Origin: a virus
DNA length: 64,000 nucleotides
Direction: 5' to 3' (one strand)
Virus record (IMG/VR): IMGVR_UViG_3300007639_000002
Coordinates: 1-64,000 of that record
The translations under genes and the position numbers were made by a program. Positions 40,250 through 47,981 of this stretch are shown piece after piece (the stretch's first letter is position 1; the number at the start of each line of letters is the position of its first letter). The notes under the pieces were generated by a model. It was not told the origin of the DNA, did no database searches, and saw only the letters and a program-made list of their open reading frames with translations.

Positions 40250-40423
40250 CTACCCGCCGTTGCGATAGAATCCCCTACCAACAAGATTTACTGTTGGAGC
40301 GCTAAATACACGTTTTAGTTGTTCAGCGCATTCTGGGCAAAGCATAAGGGGTTCATCGTCATGGATTCCCCGTTCCTGCTCCCACTGGTGTTCATTTGGG
40401 CACTTATATTGGTACGTTGGCAT
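40250..40423 (-). CDS. FmdB-family zinc-ribbon protein (57 aa)
   Basis: Hand-translated MPTYQYKC..H...CPEC...KRVFSAP...GRGFY; TATACT-N7-ATG. Confidence 0.75.
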   Translation of the reverse strand: MPTYQYKCPNEHQWEQERGIHDDEPLMLCPECAEQLKRVFSAPTVNLVGRGFYRNGG

Positions 40424-40438
40424 GGCAAAGAGTATAGG

Positions 40439-41044
40439 CTAAAAAGTCTCCATGCCGGGCAAGGGAGTGTTTTCCGCTGGTGCAGGTGTTGCTTTTTGAC
40501 TTGTTTTTCCACGTAATTCTCTTAGATGCTTTTTTGCACGACGCATTGTGCCCGCTGGAATCTCATGCATTGTGGAATCTTGCCTAAAATCGTCAAGTTC
40601 ACCAGCGTTCATAGTGTTTTCCATTAAACTCATGCTGTTATGGTTTGAAATTGGCTCAGTAGTCACAGGCAATCCTAGTTTTTTAGCGTGTTCTACCAGT
40701 TGACTACTGTATTTAGACAAATCGTTACTAGGAACAATTGGTGCATTGTACTTTTGATGTAAATTTGCAACCATTGTTGGGGCATGAATACGCAAACTAG
40801 GGTCAAATACCATGTAATTTACGTGAATCCCAGCCGGGTTATGACTAAAAAGGGTACGATTGCCATTATCGTCCGTACTATGGTAGTAACTGTAGTAATC
40901 TGGCCTGTATTCACCAGTGATGTTACCGTAAGGTCTTTCAAGGTTGCCAGAAAAGGCTTTTACAGATTGAGAACCAAGCACAAAATGGTCAAAACGCTTT
41001 GTGCCGTCACCCCTAGCGAATTCGCTTTCGTGGAAAGTACTCAT
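40439..41044 (-). CDS. Hypothetical protein
   Basis: 201-aa ORF in singly promoted gene run. Confidence 0.65.
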   Translation of the reverse strand: MSTFHESEFARGDGTKRFDHFVLGSQSVKAFSGNLERPYGNITGEYRPDYYSYYHSTDDNGNRTLFSHNPAGIHVNYMVFDPSLRIHAPTMVANLHQKYNAPIVPSNDLSKYSSQLVEHAKKLGLPVTTEPISNHNSMSLMENTMNAGELDDFRQDSTMHEIPAGTMRRAKKHLRELRGKTSQKATPAPAENTPLPGMETF

Positions 41045-41049
41045 AACTA

Positions 41050-41739
41050 CTAGTATTCTTCTCTTTCGCCTACATGCTTAAGAAGTTGCTCTGTCTCTGG
41101 GTTATAAGTGTACCTTTGAAAACCATGCTCTTCGGTTGGGTGGCCCAAATTAGTGTAATGCTCAACATTAATAAGGTTAGAAAAAGGAGGTAATGGAGCA
41201 GTCAATATTTTCATGCTTTCACCAAGGTTTTTAAGTCTTCCCTCTGCATGCCAGTTACTGGTGTCAATTTTATTATGTGTTGCTAAATGTTCATGAATAT
41301 CTTTAACTGTTTTATTAGTCATGTCGGGGTGTGGTGCCCATACACCGTTTGTATTAAAAGCGCCACCGCCGTTTTTATAGTTTATTTCAAAAAACCTGTC
41401 ATGACCAGTGCCCTCTTCGTCATGTCTTTCATACCCAAGTTCTAGTGGAATCATTGCGTCAACCGCACGAGAGTGGTATCCAGTTTTAATATTACGACCA
41501 GTAGTAATACTGGAAACAAGTGGGCTTTCTGATTGCAATACGTTTGAGTCTAAATGTTCAGTACCCCAACCACCACCACCACCATGATAGTCTTTAAGGC
41601 TCAATGTATGTCCCAGCGCCATGCCATACTTTTTTCCATCAATGTGTGCTGTTTTAGGGTCTGTTAAAACATCATGACCCATATTGGAAGCATGGCGTAG
41701 TGCTTTTTGAACTCGGGTAATGTCAAGGTAATTGTCCAT
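41050..41739 (-). CDS. Hypothetical protein
   Basis: TAAACT-N7-ATG. Confidence 0.65.
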   Translation of the reverse strand: MDNYLDITRVQKALRHASNMGHDVLTDPKTAHIDGKKYGMALGHTLSLKDYHGGGGGWGTEHLDSNVLQSESPLVSSITTGRNIKTGYHSRAVDAMIPLELGYERHDEEGTGHDRFFEINYKNGGGAFNTNGVWAPHPDMTNKTVKDIHEHLATHNKIDTSNWHAEGRLKNLGESMKILTAPLPPFSNLINVEHYTNLGHPTEEHGFQRYTYNPETEQLLKHVGEREEY

Positions 41740-41744
41740 GTCTA

Positions 41745-42032
41745 CTAGTTTACGTTAAACCCACGTTGAATGCCCTGAGACTTTTGAAACTTTCCTAGGG
41801 CAAGGGACTGGCGCATTTTCTGTGTAGCAGGTGGGCAACCATGGCGACCAGAGCAGGTGCTGGACGCAGTATAAGGATTCCCTCTATCGTCAAAGTGCAG
41901 GTGCCCCGGCTTTAACTCAGGAGTTCCGTCTTTACGAGTGTACTCTTGGTCTAACTCAGGCTGTAGAGATACTTCCCAAGCCCAGTCATGGTGCTCTTGT
42001 GGAATGAACTGTGGACCATCAGGTGCGGGCAT
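41745..42032 (-). CDS. Hypothetical protein
   Basis: TAAACT-N7-ATG; N-terminus MPAPDGPQF. Confidence 0.6.
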   Translation of the reverse strand: MPAPDGPQFIPQEHHDWAWEVSLQPELDQEYTRKDGTPELKPGHLHFDDRGNPYTASSTCSGRHGCPPATQKMRQSLALGKFQKSQGIQRGFNVN

Positions 42033-42042
42033 ATCTACTAGT

Positions 42043-42681
42043 TTACTTTACATTTACAATCTTGTAGTCGTAAGCGTTGTCGTCAGAGGTAAGCCACTTG
42101 CTACCGTCCTCAACACCCCATACCTTATCGCTTACTAGTCGCTCAATGAGCGTTTCACCCTTTTTGGTTGTATGAGAGGGGTCCCATAGTTTTATTCTAT
42201 TGTTTGGCTGGATTGCAAAGTTGCCGTCTTCTCGCTCAATAACGTGCCCACACTTGTGGTTAGCGGAGTCTTCTGAGTAGTTTGTGTTCGGGATGTTGTT
42301 GTCGGGGTGGTGCCAGTCAAGAGTAAACAGGTAAGAGCCGTTTACGTCCTTCTTATGCCTGTCAATGTACGTGACAGACCTGCCACGCATGTGCTCAAAT
42401 GTCGTTACTGCTATATAAGGGGAGAAGCAGTTCCACATGACTAAATCATGGATATCCACTTCAGGGCTGTCTTCTCGCATGCAGAACGCATTTATTGGTG
42501 CTCTCCACCAAACTCCCCCGTCTTCCATCAAGAAGTGGAACACAGGCGCTCTATCCGTTACTGAGGCGACTCCAAAGATAACAACTGGGAACTTTAAGTC
42601 ATGACTGTCCTCTTGGTTCCGAAGGAAGTTGCCTCTAACAAAACAGTGAACTGGAGGAACATTGGCGTTAAGTTCAGGCAT
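42043..42681 (-). CDS. Hypothetical phage protein
   Basis: LNANVPP, WNCFS, HKCGH and GNFAIQPNNR motifs; TAAACT-N6-ATG. Confidence 0.7.
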   Translation of the reverse strand: MPELNANVPPVHCFVRGNFLRNQEDSHDLKFPVVIFGVASVTDRAPVFHFLMEDGGVWWRAPINAFCMREDSPEVDIHDLVMWNCFSPYIAVTTFEHMRGRSVTYIDRHKKDVNGSYLFTLDWHHPDNNIPNTNYSEDSANHKCGHVIEREDGNFAIQPNNRIKLWDPSHTTKKGETLIERLVSDKVWGVEDGSKWLTSDDNAYDYKIVNVK

Positions 42682-42690
42682 GCATGAAGT

Positions 42691-43005
42691 TTACTCTATA
42701 TGCTTTAGCATGTACGGGTGAATGTCGTGCGTGAGCACATTACCATGAGATTCTGTCCATCCCCAAGGCGCAGAGTCAGGAAGTTCTACGGAGAACACTT
42801 CGTCGCCGTATTCTTTAGCGGTATTAAGGTCTTCAGTAAGGTACACGCCTGTAGGATGCCCCGAGTCTTCATACCCCTCTGGAAACTGGTCACTATCAGC
42901 AGCAGGGTTATTTGCTTTTAAGCCGTGCTCTTTAATTGACTCCACGTTATGCGCCCCTGTACCGTGGTAATAAGTACGAAACTGATGTGGATTAAGGGAA
43001 GCCAT
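42691..43005 (-). CDS. ADP-ribosyltransferase-fold protein
   Basis: YYHGT...SIKEHGL...GVYLT...AKEY pattern. Confidence 0.65.
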   Translation of the reverse strand: MASLNPHQFRTYYHGTGAHNVESIKEHGLKANNPAADSDQFPEGYEDSGHPTGVYLTEDLNTAKEYGDEVFSVELPDSAPWGWTESHGNVLTHDIHPYMLKHIE

Positions 43006-43048
43006 CTATTTAGTTTACTCTACTACCGAAGATTTTTTAGCCGTCTAC

Positions 43049-43621
43049 TCAATCCCTGCCCCAAGGACCAGTTTCAACGTCCTTGTTCCTAAGCCCTAAG
43101 TAGTCCACTTGGTCGGGGTTAACCAGATGTTTAGGCAACATATAAGAAACAGAGCCTTTATCCTCAAACTGGTTAAGGTATGGCACTACTTTATTACCAC
43201 GCCCCACATCTTCAACGGGCTTTACGGTTGTCTCCCACAAACTTCTTTGCTGTGGTCCATGTATGTTTTCGTTGTCTTGGGGATTAAAGGAATAGGCAGA
43301 ATCTGAATCCATGTGTACTTCGTCAAGCATTGTTTTTGGAACCTTGTAGACATGGTGCCACGAACTTCTTCCAGCCCTAGTACGGGCTGCGCCCAGTGTG
43401 CCAAGGTGGATTACGTCGTTGGACTGGTTAGACGAGAAGGGACTAGAACCTAATTCTAGTAAATGCAAATCAGGATGGTCTTGAGTATGCGGGGGGACTG
43501 GGCTGCTACTTGCGTGGTACGCCAAGACATGTGTGCGTGGTCTTACCTGAACAGGTGTTTCTTGAGGTGTGGGGCGGGCAACGTTCCCAAATAAATCTAA
43601 ATTGAGATGGTCTGCTGACAT
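43049..43621 (-). CDS. Hypothetical protein (possible divergent ART fold)
   Basis: AYHASS...IHLGT..A...YLNQFED. Confidence 0.5.
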   Translation of the reverse strand: MSADHLNLDLFGNVARPTPQETPVQVRPRTHVLAYHASSSPVPPHTQDHPDLHLLELGSSPFSSNQSNDVIHLGTLGAARTRAGRSSWHHVYKVPKTMLDEVHMDSDSAYSFNPQDNENIHGPQQRSLWETTVKPVEDVGRGNKVVPYLNQFEDKGSVSYMLPKHLVNPDQVDYLGLRNKDVETGPWGRD

Positions 43622-43639
43622 CTAACTAGTTTACTATGC

Positions 43640-44623
43640 CTAATCAAAGAGATTGAGTTGTTCTGGTTGTTTTTTAGCAGGAGCAGGCTCATTTTCCATA
43701 TTTTCAAAATGGTGCCCCGTGGCTTTTTTAAAAGTATAATTGCGGGTTTGAACAAAAGTATCCCGTGCTTCAGGATCATTAAATAATTCTGGTTTATACC
43801 CATAACCGGGGCGAGTGCCTGCATCACTGCCTAAATTTCTTATAAGTCTTCCAAATTCCCCACCAGCAGCGTCTTGGTCACGCCTTTTCTGACCACGTGT
43901 AACACGGGCATGCGCCAAACGATAACCTTCTGCAACTCCTTCGGCACGTGGTAATACCAGTGAACCCATTGGATTAGTTGTAGTTGCGTTGTAGGTATGC
44001 CCTGCGGGGTCTTTTTGTGCTTTGATACGCTCACTATGGAATTTAAGTGGGTTTTGGTTAGCATCTAAAGCATGCCCAACTTCGTGCAATAAAGTAGTTT
44101 GGATGTTTGTAGACGTTGGACCCGTTTGAGACATGCCAATATGATAAGGCTCTTCGTCTGGAATAGTTAACTTAACTTCATGATTGATAGGAACATACGA
44201 TGGATTGTCGTCACCTTTAGATACAGAAACTTGTAATTGACCTTCTGGGCGGTGTAATTTCTTTAAATCTGAAATTGGTGCCGTAGAACGTGCAAGACCT
44301 TCTGTGACAAGAGATTTTGCTATTTTGTCACTTGCTGGGATTATTTTATCATGCAGCAGCATGGAATTACGAATGCCAGACGCAGGGTTTGACATGTCAC
44401 GCACATACTCTGGATGAAGGTTAGGAGAACCATTAACATCAAAATGCATGTTGTTAATGGCTTCAATACGCTTAGGATTGTAACCTTTAGGCCATACGTG
44501 CTCATGGAACAGTTTTAACTGCCCGCCCCTGCCTACAGGGTGTTGTTGACCCTCTTTAACCTCTGTGAACTTCTCTGCATGGGCAACTGGTACAGGGGGA
44601 GGTATTTTTCTAGAGGATGCCAT
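43640..44623 (-). CDS. HExxH zinc metallopeptidase-like protein with QLxLF motifs
   Basis: LLHEVGHALD...AEGVAE; QLKLF and C-terminal QLNLFD. Confidence 0.65.
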   Translation of the reverse strand: MASSRKIPPPVPVAHAEKFTEVKEGQQHPVGRGGQLKLFHEHVWPKGYNPKRIEAINNMHFDVNGSPNLHPEYVRDMSNPASGIRNSMLLHDKIIPASDKIAKSLVTEGLARSTAPISDLKKLHRPEGQLQVSVSKGDDNPSYVPINHEVKLTIPDEEPYHIGMSQTGPTSTNIQTTLLHEVGHALDANQNPLKFHSERIKAQKDPAGHTYNATTTNPMGSLVLPRAEGVAEGYRLAHARVTRGQKRRDQDAAGGEFGRLIRNLGSDAGTRPGYGYKPELFNDPEARDTFVQTRNYTFKKATGHHFENMENEPAPAKKQPEQLNLFD

Positions 44624-44667
44624 ACGTCTAGTTTACATGTATACAACAGGTATACAAGTTCAATACA

Positions 44668-44683
44668 TGTTCCACGTGGAACA
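44668..44683. promoter_or_regulatory. parS: parS site 1
   Basis: Perfect palindrome TGTTCCACGTGGAACA. Confidence 0.75.
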
Positions 44684-44685
44684 AT

Positions 44686-44985
44686 TTAGTCTTCTTCATG
44701 AACCATAATTGGTATTTTTTCAATACCTAAATCACGAGCCACAATTGCTCTATGGTGACCATCTATTAATAGGTTTTTTTTAAGAGACACACTAAGTGGA
44801 ACTTTAATACCTTCATTTTTAATGGAATCATGGAGTGAGTTATATCGTTCACTATCGTGTTGAAAGATATTTTCAACGTCTAATTCCCCAATTGTGTAAT
44901 CTTTGCCAGAAGGGTCATCAATTTGCATATCCCTAGAAATGAGACCACGCAGTTGCTCTTGATTAATGTGTTCGTGTGCTGCCAT
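44686..44985 (-). CDS. Stand-alone ParB/Srx N-terminal-domain protein
   Basis: SIKNEGIKVPL...LIDGHHR...ARDLGIEKIP; 99 aa, no room for an HTH. Confidence 0.8.
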   Translation of the reverse strand: MAAHEHINQEQLRGLISRDMQIDDPSGKDYTIGELDVENIFQHDSERYNSLHDSIKNEGIKVPLSVSLKKNLLIDGHHRAIVARDLGIEKIPIMVHEED

Positions 44986-45163
44986 ATACCTAGTATAGGG
45001 CTATCTAGGCGTTGTTTTTTGGTTAGCGGATTTTTGGAATAGGGCTATTGGGCCACTGGGCTGCTAGAGGGGGGTGGGTCCTGCCGGGCCACCCAGTAGT
45101 AGCGGCGACTTAACCATGGGGGGTATCCACAGTATAGCACCGCTACCTTACTGGTCACGAATC

Positions 45164-45358
45164 CTAGGCGAGTAACAACTCCCTGTGCTTCCGAGCCACT
45201 TCCATGTCTAACAGGTTCACCAGTGCATGAGCCAGTACGTCGTACTCGGCTTCACGCCCTGCTAAGACTGCGCCAATATCATCCACCATTGTCTGCATCA
45301 CATCTACCAATGCGACTGCTGTAACCATTTGCTTGCTGAGTTGTTTTGTTGTTGTCAT
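45164..45358 (-). CDS. Cassette protein (MTTTK), leaderless
   Basis: ATG at predicted +1; stop is the repeat TAG. Confidence 0.75.
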   Translation of the reverse strand: MTTTKQLSKQMVTAVALVDVMQTMVDDIGAVLAGREAEYDVLAHALVNLLDMEVARKHRELLLA

Positions 45359-45397
45359 ACTGCCACCTTACCATGTCCCTGCTGGGAGTCACGATTC

Positions 45398-45589
45398 CTA
45401 GATTTCCTCTTCCCAGTCTGAGTTCAGGCGCTCCAATGCCCGCAGTTCCTCCGCCACATCAAATGCAGTAGCGCATGGTGTGCAGAAGTATAACTCAGTG
45501 AGCCACCTGTCCGAGTACATAGGCTCGTGCGTTGGGCTAGGTATTGGAGCGTTGCATTCAACGCAGGTGTTTTGTGTTGTCGTTGTCAT
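45398..45589 (-). CDS. Cassette protein with CxxC...CxxC, leaderless
   Basis: CVEC and CTPC; ATG at +1; repeat TAG stop. Confidence 0.75.
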   Translation of the reverse strand: MTTTTQNTCVECNAPIPSPTHEPMYSDRWLTELYFCTPCATAFDVAEELRALERLNSDWEEEI

Positions 45590-45631
45590 GCTTCCAACCT
45601 ATCACATGACCCTCTCAGGTCACGATTCCTA

Positions 45632-45651
45632 CATAATGAGAATGATTCTCA
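45632..45651. promoter_or_regulatory. Fur/Zur-like box
   Basis: 7-1-7 palindrome TGAGAATgATTCTCA; 15/19 match to GATAATGATAATCATTATC. Confidence 0.5.
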
Positions 45652-45656
45652 ACTAA

Positions 45657-45672
45657 TGTTCCACGTGGAACA
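45657..45672. promoter_or_regulatory. parS: parS site 2
   Basis: TGTTCCACGTGGAACA within a 20-bp palindrome. Confidence 0.75.
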
Positions 45673-45692
45673 TTCCTAGAGTTGGGGCTATA

Positions 45693-45708
45693 TGTTCCAC
45701 GTGGAACA
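45693..45708. promoter_or_regulatory. parS: parS site 3
   Basis: TGTTCCACGTGGAACA. Confidence 0.75.
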
Positions 45709-45766
45709 TTGGTGCGGAGCGTAGGCAGGTATCCACCTACCCACACCCACCCAGCCATTGCTGGCA

Positions 45767-45928
45767 CTACTTGGGAGCACATGATGCCCAGTGCTCCAAT
45801 GCCCACTCTGCCCATGCGTTATGATCCAATGCCCACATATCCAGCGTGACAGTCTCGTCACAATAAACGCAGTGAGCGTTCAAGTACTGTGGGCATTCCA
45901 TGTCGTTGATGTTCTGTGTTGTTGTCAT
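45767..45928 (-). CDS. Cassette protein (53 aa, Cys/His/Trp-rich), leaderless
   Basis: Hand-translated MTTTQNINDMECPQYLNAHCVYC...EHWASCAPK. Confidence 0.7.
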   Translation of the reverse strand: MTTTQNINDMECPQYLNAHCVYCDETVTLDMWALDHNAWAEWALEHWASCAPK

Positions 45929-45967
45929 GTAACCAACCTATCATCTAGTGGCTCTGAGTCACGATTC

Positions 45968-46135
45968 CTAGTCCCTGTATTCTTGGGCGTTGTTGTAGTG
46001 ATATAGAGCCATGGCGTACTGTTGCTTTTTCAGGTCTGCGTATTTGCAAACCTCTGCCCTGTCTGCGTATTTCTTGGACAATCCCATGTAGTAGTCGTAT
46101 TGCTCTTTATTGGTAAATTGTTTTGTTGTTGTCAT
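45968..46135 (-). CDS. Cassette protein (55 aa), leaderless
   Basis: Hand-translated MTTTKQFTNKEQYDYY...; repeat TAG stop. Confidence 0.7.
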   Translation of the reverse strand: MTTTKQFTNKEQYDYYMGLSKKYADRAEVCKYADLKKQQYAMALYHYNNAQEYRD

Positions 46136-46174
46136 GTCTCCAACCTATCACGCCACCCACGTGAGTGACGAATC

Positions 46175-46369
46175 CTAGATAAATATATTCTGATACTCAT
46201 TTTGCGCATAGTACTCAGTGCGTAACCTTTCAGCACTGTTCATGAACCTACCCTCAGCCCGTGTTAGACCATAGGTGTACTCATGTGCCTTTAATGCATT
46301 CATCAGGTCTTCCAAAGCCTGCATTATTTTGATCTCAGTATCTGATAGTTGCTGTTGCGTTGTTGTCAT
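46175..46369 (-). CDS. Cassette protein, leaderless
   Basis: MTTTQ; repeat TAG stop. Confidence 0.75.
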   Translation of the reverse strand: MTTTQQQLSDTEIKIMQALEDLMNALKAHEYTYGLTRAEGRFMNSAERLRTEYYAQNEYQNIFI

Positions 46370-46408
46370 GCTTCCACCTTACCCTAGGGTCACCTTTGGT
46401 GACGATTC

Positions 46409-46576
46409 CTAGAACCTTGTATCTGTCACTGGGCGAACCTGCATATCCCTATGGCTGAGCCAATAGACGTTGCAGGCTTGGCGACTGCCGACCATGACTA
46501 CACACTTACGTGAAGAGTCATAGACTTCATGTGCTTTAGTGCTGGGCTTTACCTTTTTCATTTGCGTTGTTGTCAT
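46409..46576 (-). CDS. Cassette protein (55 aa), leaderless
   Basis: Hand-translated MTTTQMKKVKPS...; repeat TAG stop. Confidence 0.7.
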   Translation of the reverse strand: MTTTQMKKVKPSTKAHEVYDSSRKCVVMVGSRQACNVYWLSHRDMQVRPVTDTRF

Positions 46577-46615
46577 ATCCACACCTTATCAGGTCACCCT
46601 GCTGGGTCACGAATC

Positions 46616-46864
46616 CTACTTCAGCATTGCTTTCAGTTCAGCCTTCACCACACGTGCCGTGTCTCCACGCCATGCAGATGCATTGCTGAGGAAATAGGCG
46701 ACGATATCCCTAGCGGAGTCGTACCCATATGAGCCACTGATAGAGTCCAGCGAACGCATAGCGTCTAGGTACGGCACAGCACCAAAGTATGGCTTTTTCC
46801 AGTCTGCACTAATGTCACGTGCAATGGTTGATATTGGGCGATGTTGTTGTTTTGTTGTTGTCAT
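46616..46864 (-). CDS. Cassette protein, leaderless
   Basis: RPISTIARDI...AVPYLDAM...YFLSNA..WRG; repeat TAG stop. Confidence 0.8.
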   Translation of the reverse strand: MTTTKQQHRPISTIARDISADWKKPYFGAVPYLDAMRSLDSISGSYGYDSARDIVAYFLSNASAWRGDTARVVKAELKAMLK

Positions 46865-46903
46865 GTAATTACCTTATCAGTTAGTCGGGTTAGGTCACGA
46901 ATC

Positions 46904-47113
46904 CTAGATGTTATGTCCATCTAGTTCAGTTATTTTGGCGATTGCCAAAGATAGTACAGGCTTCAGCCCTAAGAGGAACATCCACACGCCGATCATCTCA
47001 GTGCGTAGTTCATCATCCTTTAGGGCATCTTCCACGGCAGTGTTCCATTCACCGAGCCTGCCCAGTACTTCTAATGTTGATGGTAGTGGTTTGGTTGTTG
47101 TTGTCGTTGTCAT
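46904..47113 (-). CDS. Cassette protein (MTTTTTTK), leaderless
   Basis: ATG 47113 fits the +1 spacing; repeat TAG stop. Confidence 0.75.
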   Translation of the reverse strand: MTTTTTTKPLPSTLEVLGRLGEWNTAVEDALKDDELRTEMIGVWMFLLGLKPVLSLAIAKITELDGHNI

Positions 47114-47122
47114 GTTCACACC

Positions 47123-47314
47123 TTACCAGCCTGCTGGCTCTAGTGACGATTCCTGATGCTCTTCTACTAGGTTGTCGTAGCACCATGTGCATACGTCAGT
47201 TCCCCAGTCTTCAGGGTCAAATCCATTATGCCCATCCACGATAGGGATCAGCATAGAAGATGCTCCACACCGTTCGCAGGCTCCGATATAAATGTTGTTG
47301 TTGTTGTCGTTCAT
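47123..47314 (-). CDS. Cassette protein with CxxC...CxxC, leaderless
   Basis: CERC and CTWC; reads through a TAG-to-CAG repeat variant to the TAA of the next -10 box. Confidence 0.7.
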   Translation of the reverse strand: MNDNNNNIYIGACERCGASSMLIPIVDGHNGFDPEDWGTDVCTWCYDNLVEEHQESSLEPAGW

Positions 47315-47353
47315 GTAATCACCTTACCACCTAGGAGCGTTAGGTCACGAATC

Positions 47354-47587
47354 CTAGATACCTTTCATATCGCAGATGTAATTGTGGCGAGCGTCAAAGT
47401 ACCAGTCAGACTCTTGAAAGGCTTGCTCGTCGCTGGGCGTTCCATCCTGTGCATATGCCATGAACTCTGCCCAGTTATCTAGGTAGTCGTCAGAGCCAAT
47501 GTAGGACTCTTCCCATTCTTCTATATCTTCAGGTGTTACGACTAATTTAGCCGATTCCATGTCTTCCACAGATGTGTATGTGAACAC
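47354..47587 (-). CDS. Acidic cassette protein (leadered, GGAGG SD)
   Basis: CA-rich 5' UTR, SD and GTG; repeat TAG stop. Confidence 0.75.
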   Translation of the reverse strand: MFTYTSVEDMESAKLVVTPEDIEEWEESYIGSDDYLDNWAEFMAYAQDGTPSDEQAFQESDWYFDARHNYICDMKGI

Positions 47588-47646
47588 TATGTGCCTCCGT
47601 TGTTGTCGTTGTTGATAGTTCTAACTTAGCACGTCACCCTGCTGGG

Positions 47647-47826
47647 TCACGAATCCTGCCGTGTGTCCATGTTCCACAGAATGCACTTAGCATCTTTTAA
47701 GATGTTGTATAGATTCATCTCTTCCCATGTCATGCCATAGTACCCATCACGCTGGGTCAAATCAGCCATGAACATAGTAAGCGTTTCATACATTTCAGTG
47801 TTGGTTATTTTCTTTGCTGTTTTCAT
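47647..47826 (-). CDS. Cassette protein (59 aa), leaderless
   Basis: Hand-translated MKTAKKITNTEMY...; stops at the in-frame TGA inside the repeat. Confidence 0.7.
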   Translation of the reverse strand: MKTAKKITNTEMYETLTMFMADLTQRDGYYGMTWEEMNLYNILKDAKCILWNMDTRQDS

Positions 47827-47865
47827 ATCTTCACCTTACCATGTAGTCGGGTTGAGTCACGATTC

Positions 47866-47942
47866 CTAGTGGGTATATTTGGTTAGATTAGCCTCAATAT
47901 ACCAGTGAGGTGCTTTCCCCGCTAACCATGCGGGTTTTCGTT
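47866..47942 (-). ncRNA. Candidate double-pseudoknot small RNA cassette
   Basis: Own repeat promoter, no credible ORF; two hairpins whose loops (UGGUUA, GGUAUAU) pair with adjacent 3' tail segments (UAACCA, AUAUACC). Confidence 0.65.
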
Positions 47943-47981
47943 AATCCCAACTTACCATGATGGAGTGTTGGGTTACGATTC

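Noticed and set aside
45615-45815. 66-aa ORF with repeated NVPRGT
   Set aside because: Translation artefact of two parS palindromes; it overlaps the better-supported 45767-45928 gene and has no promoter header
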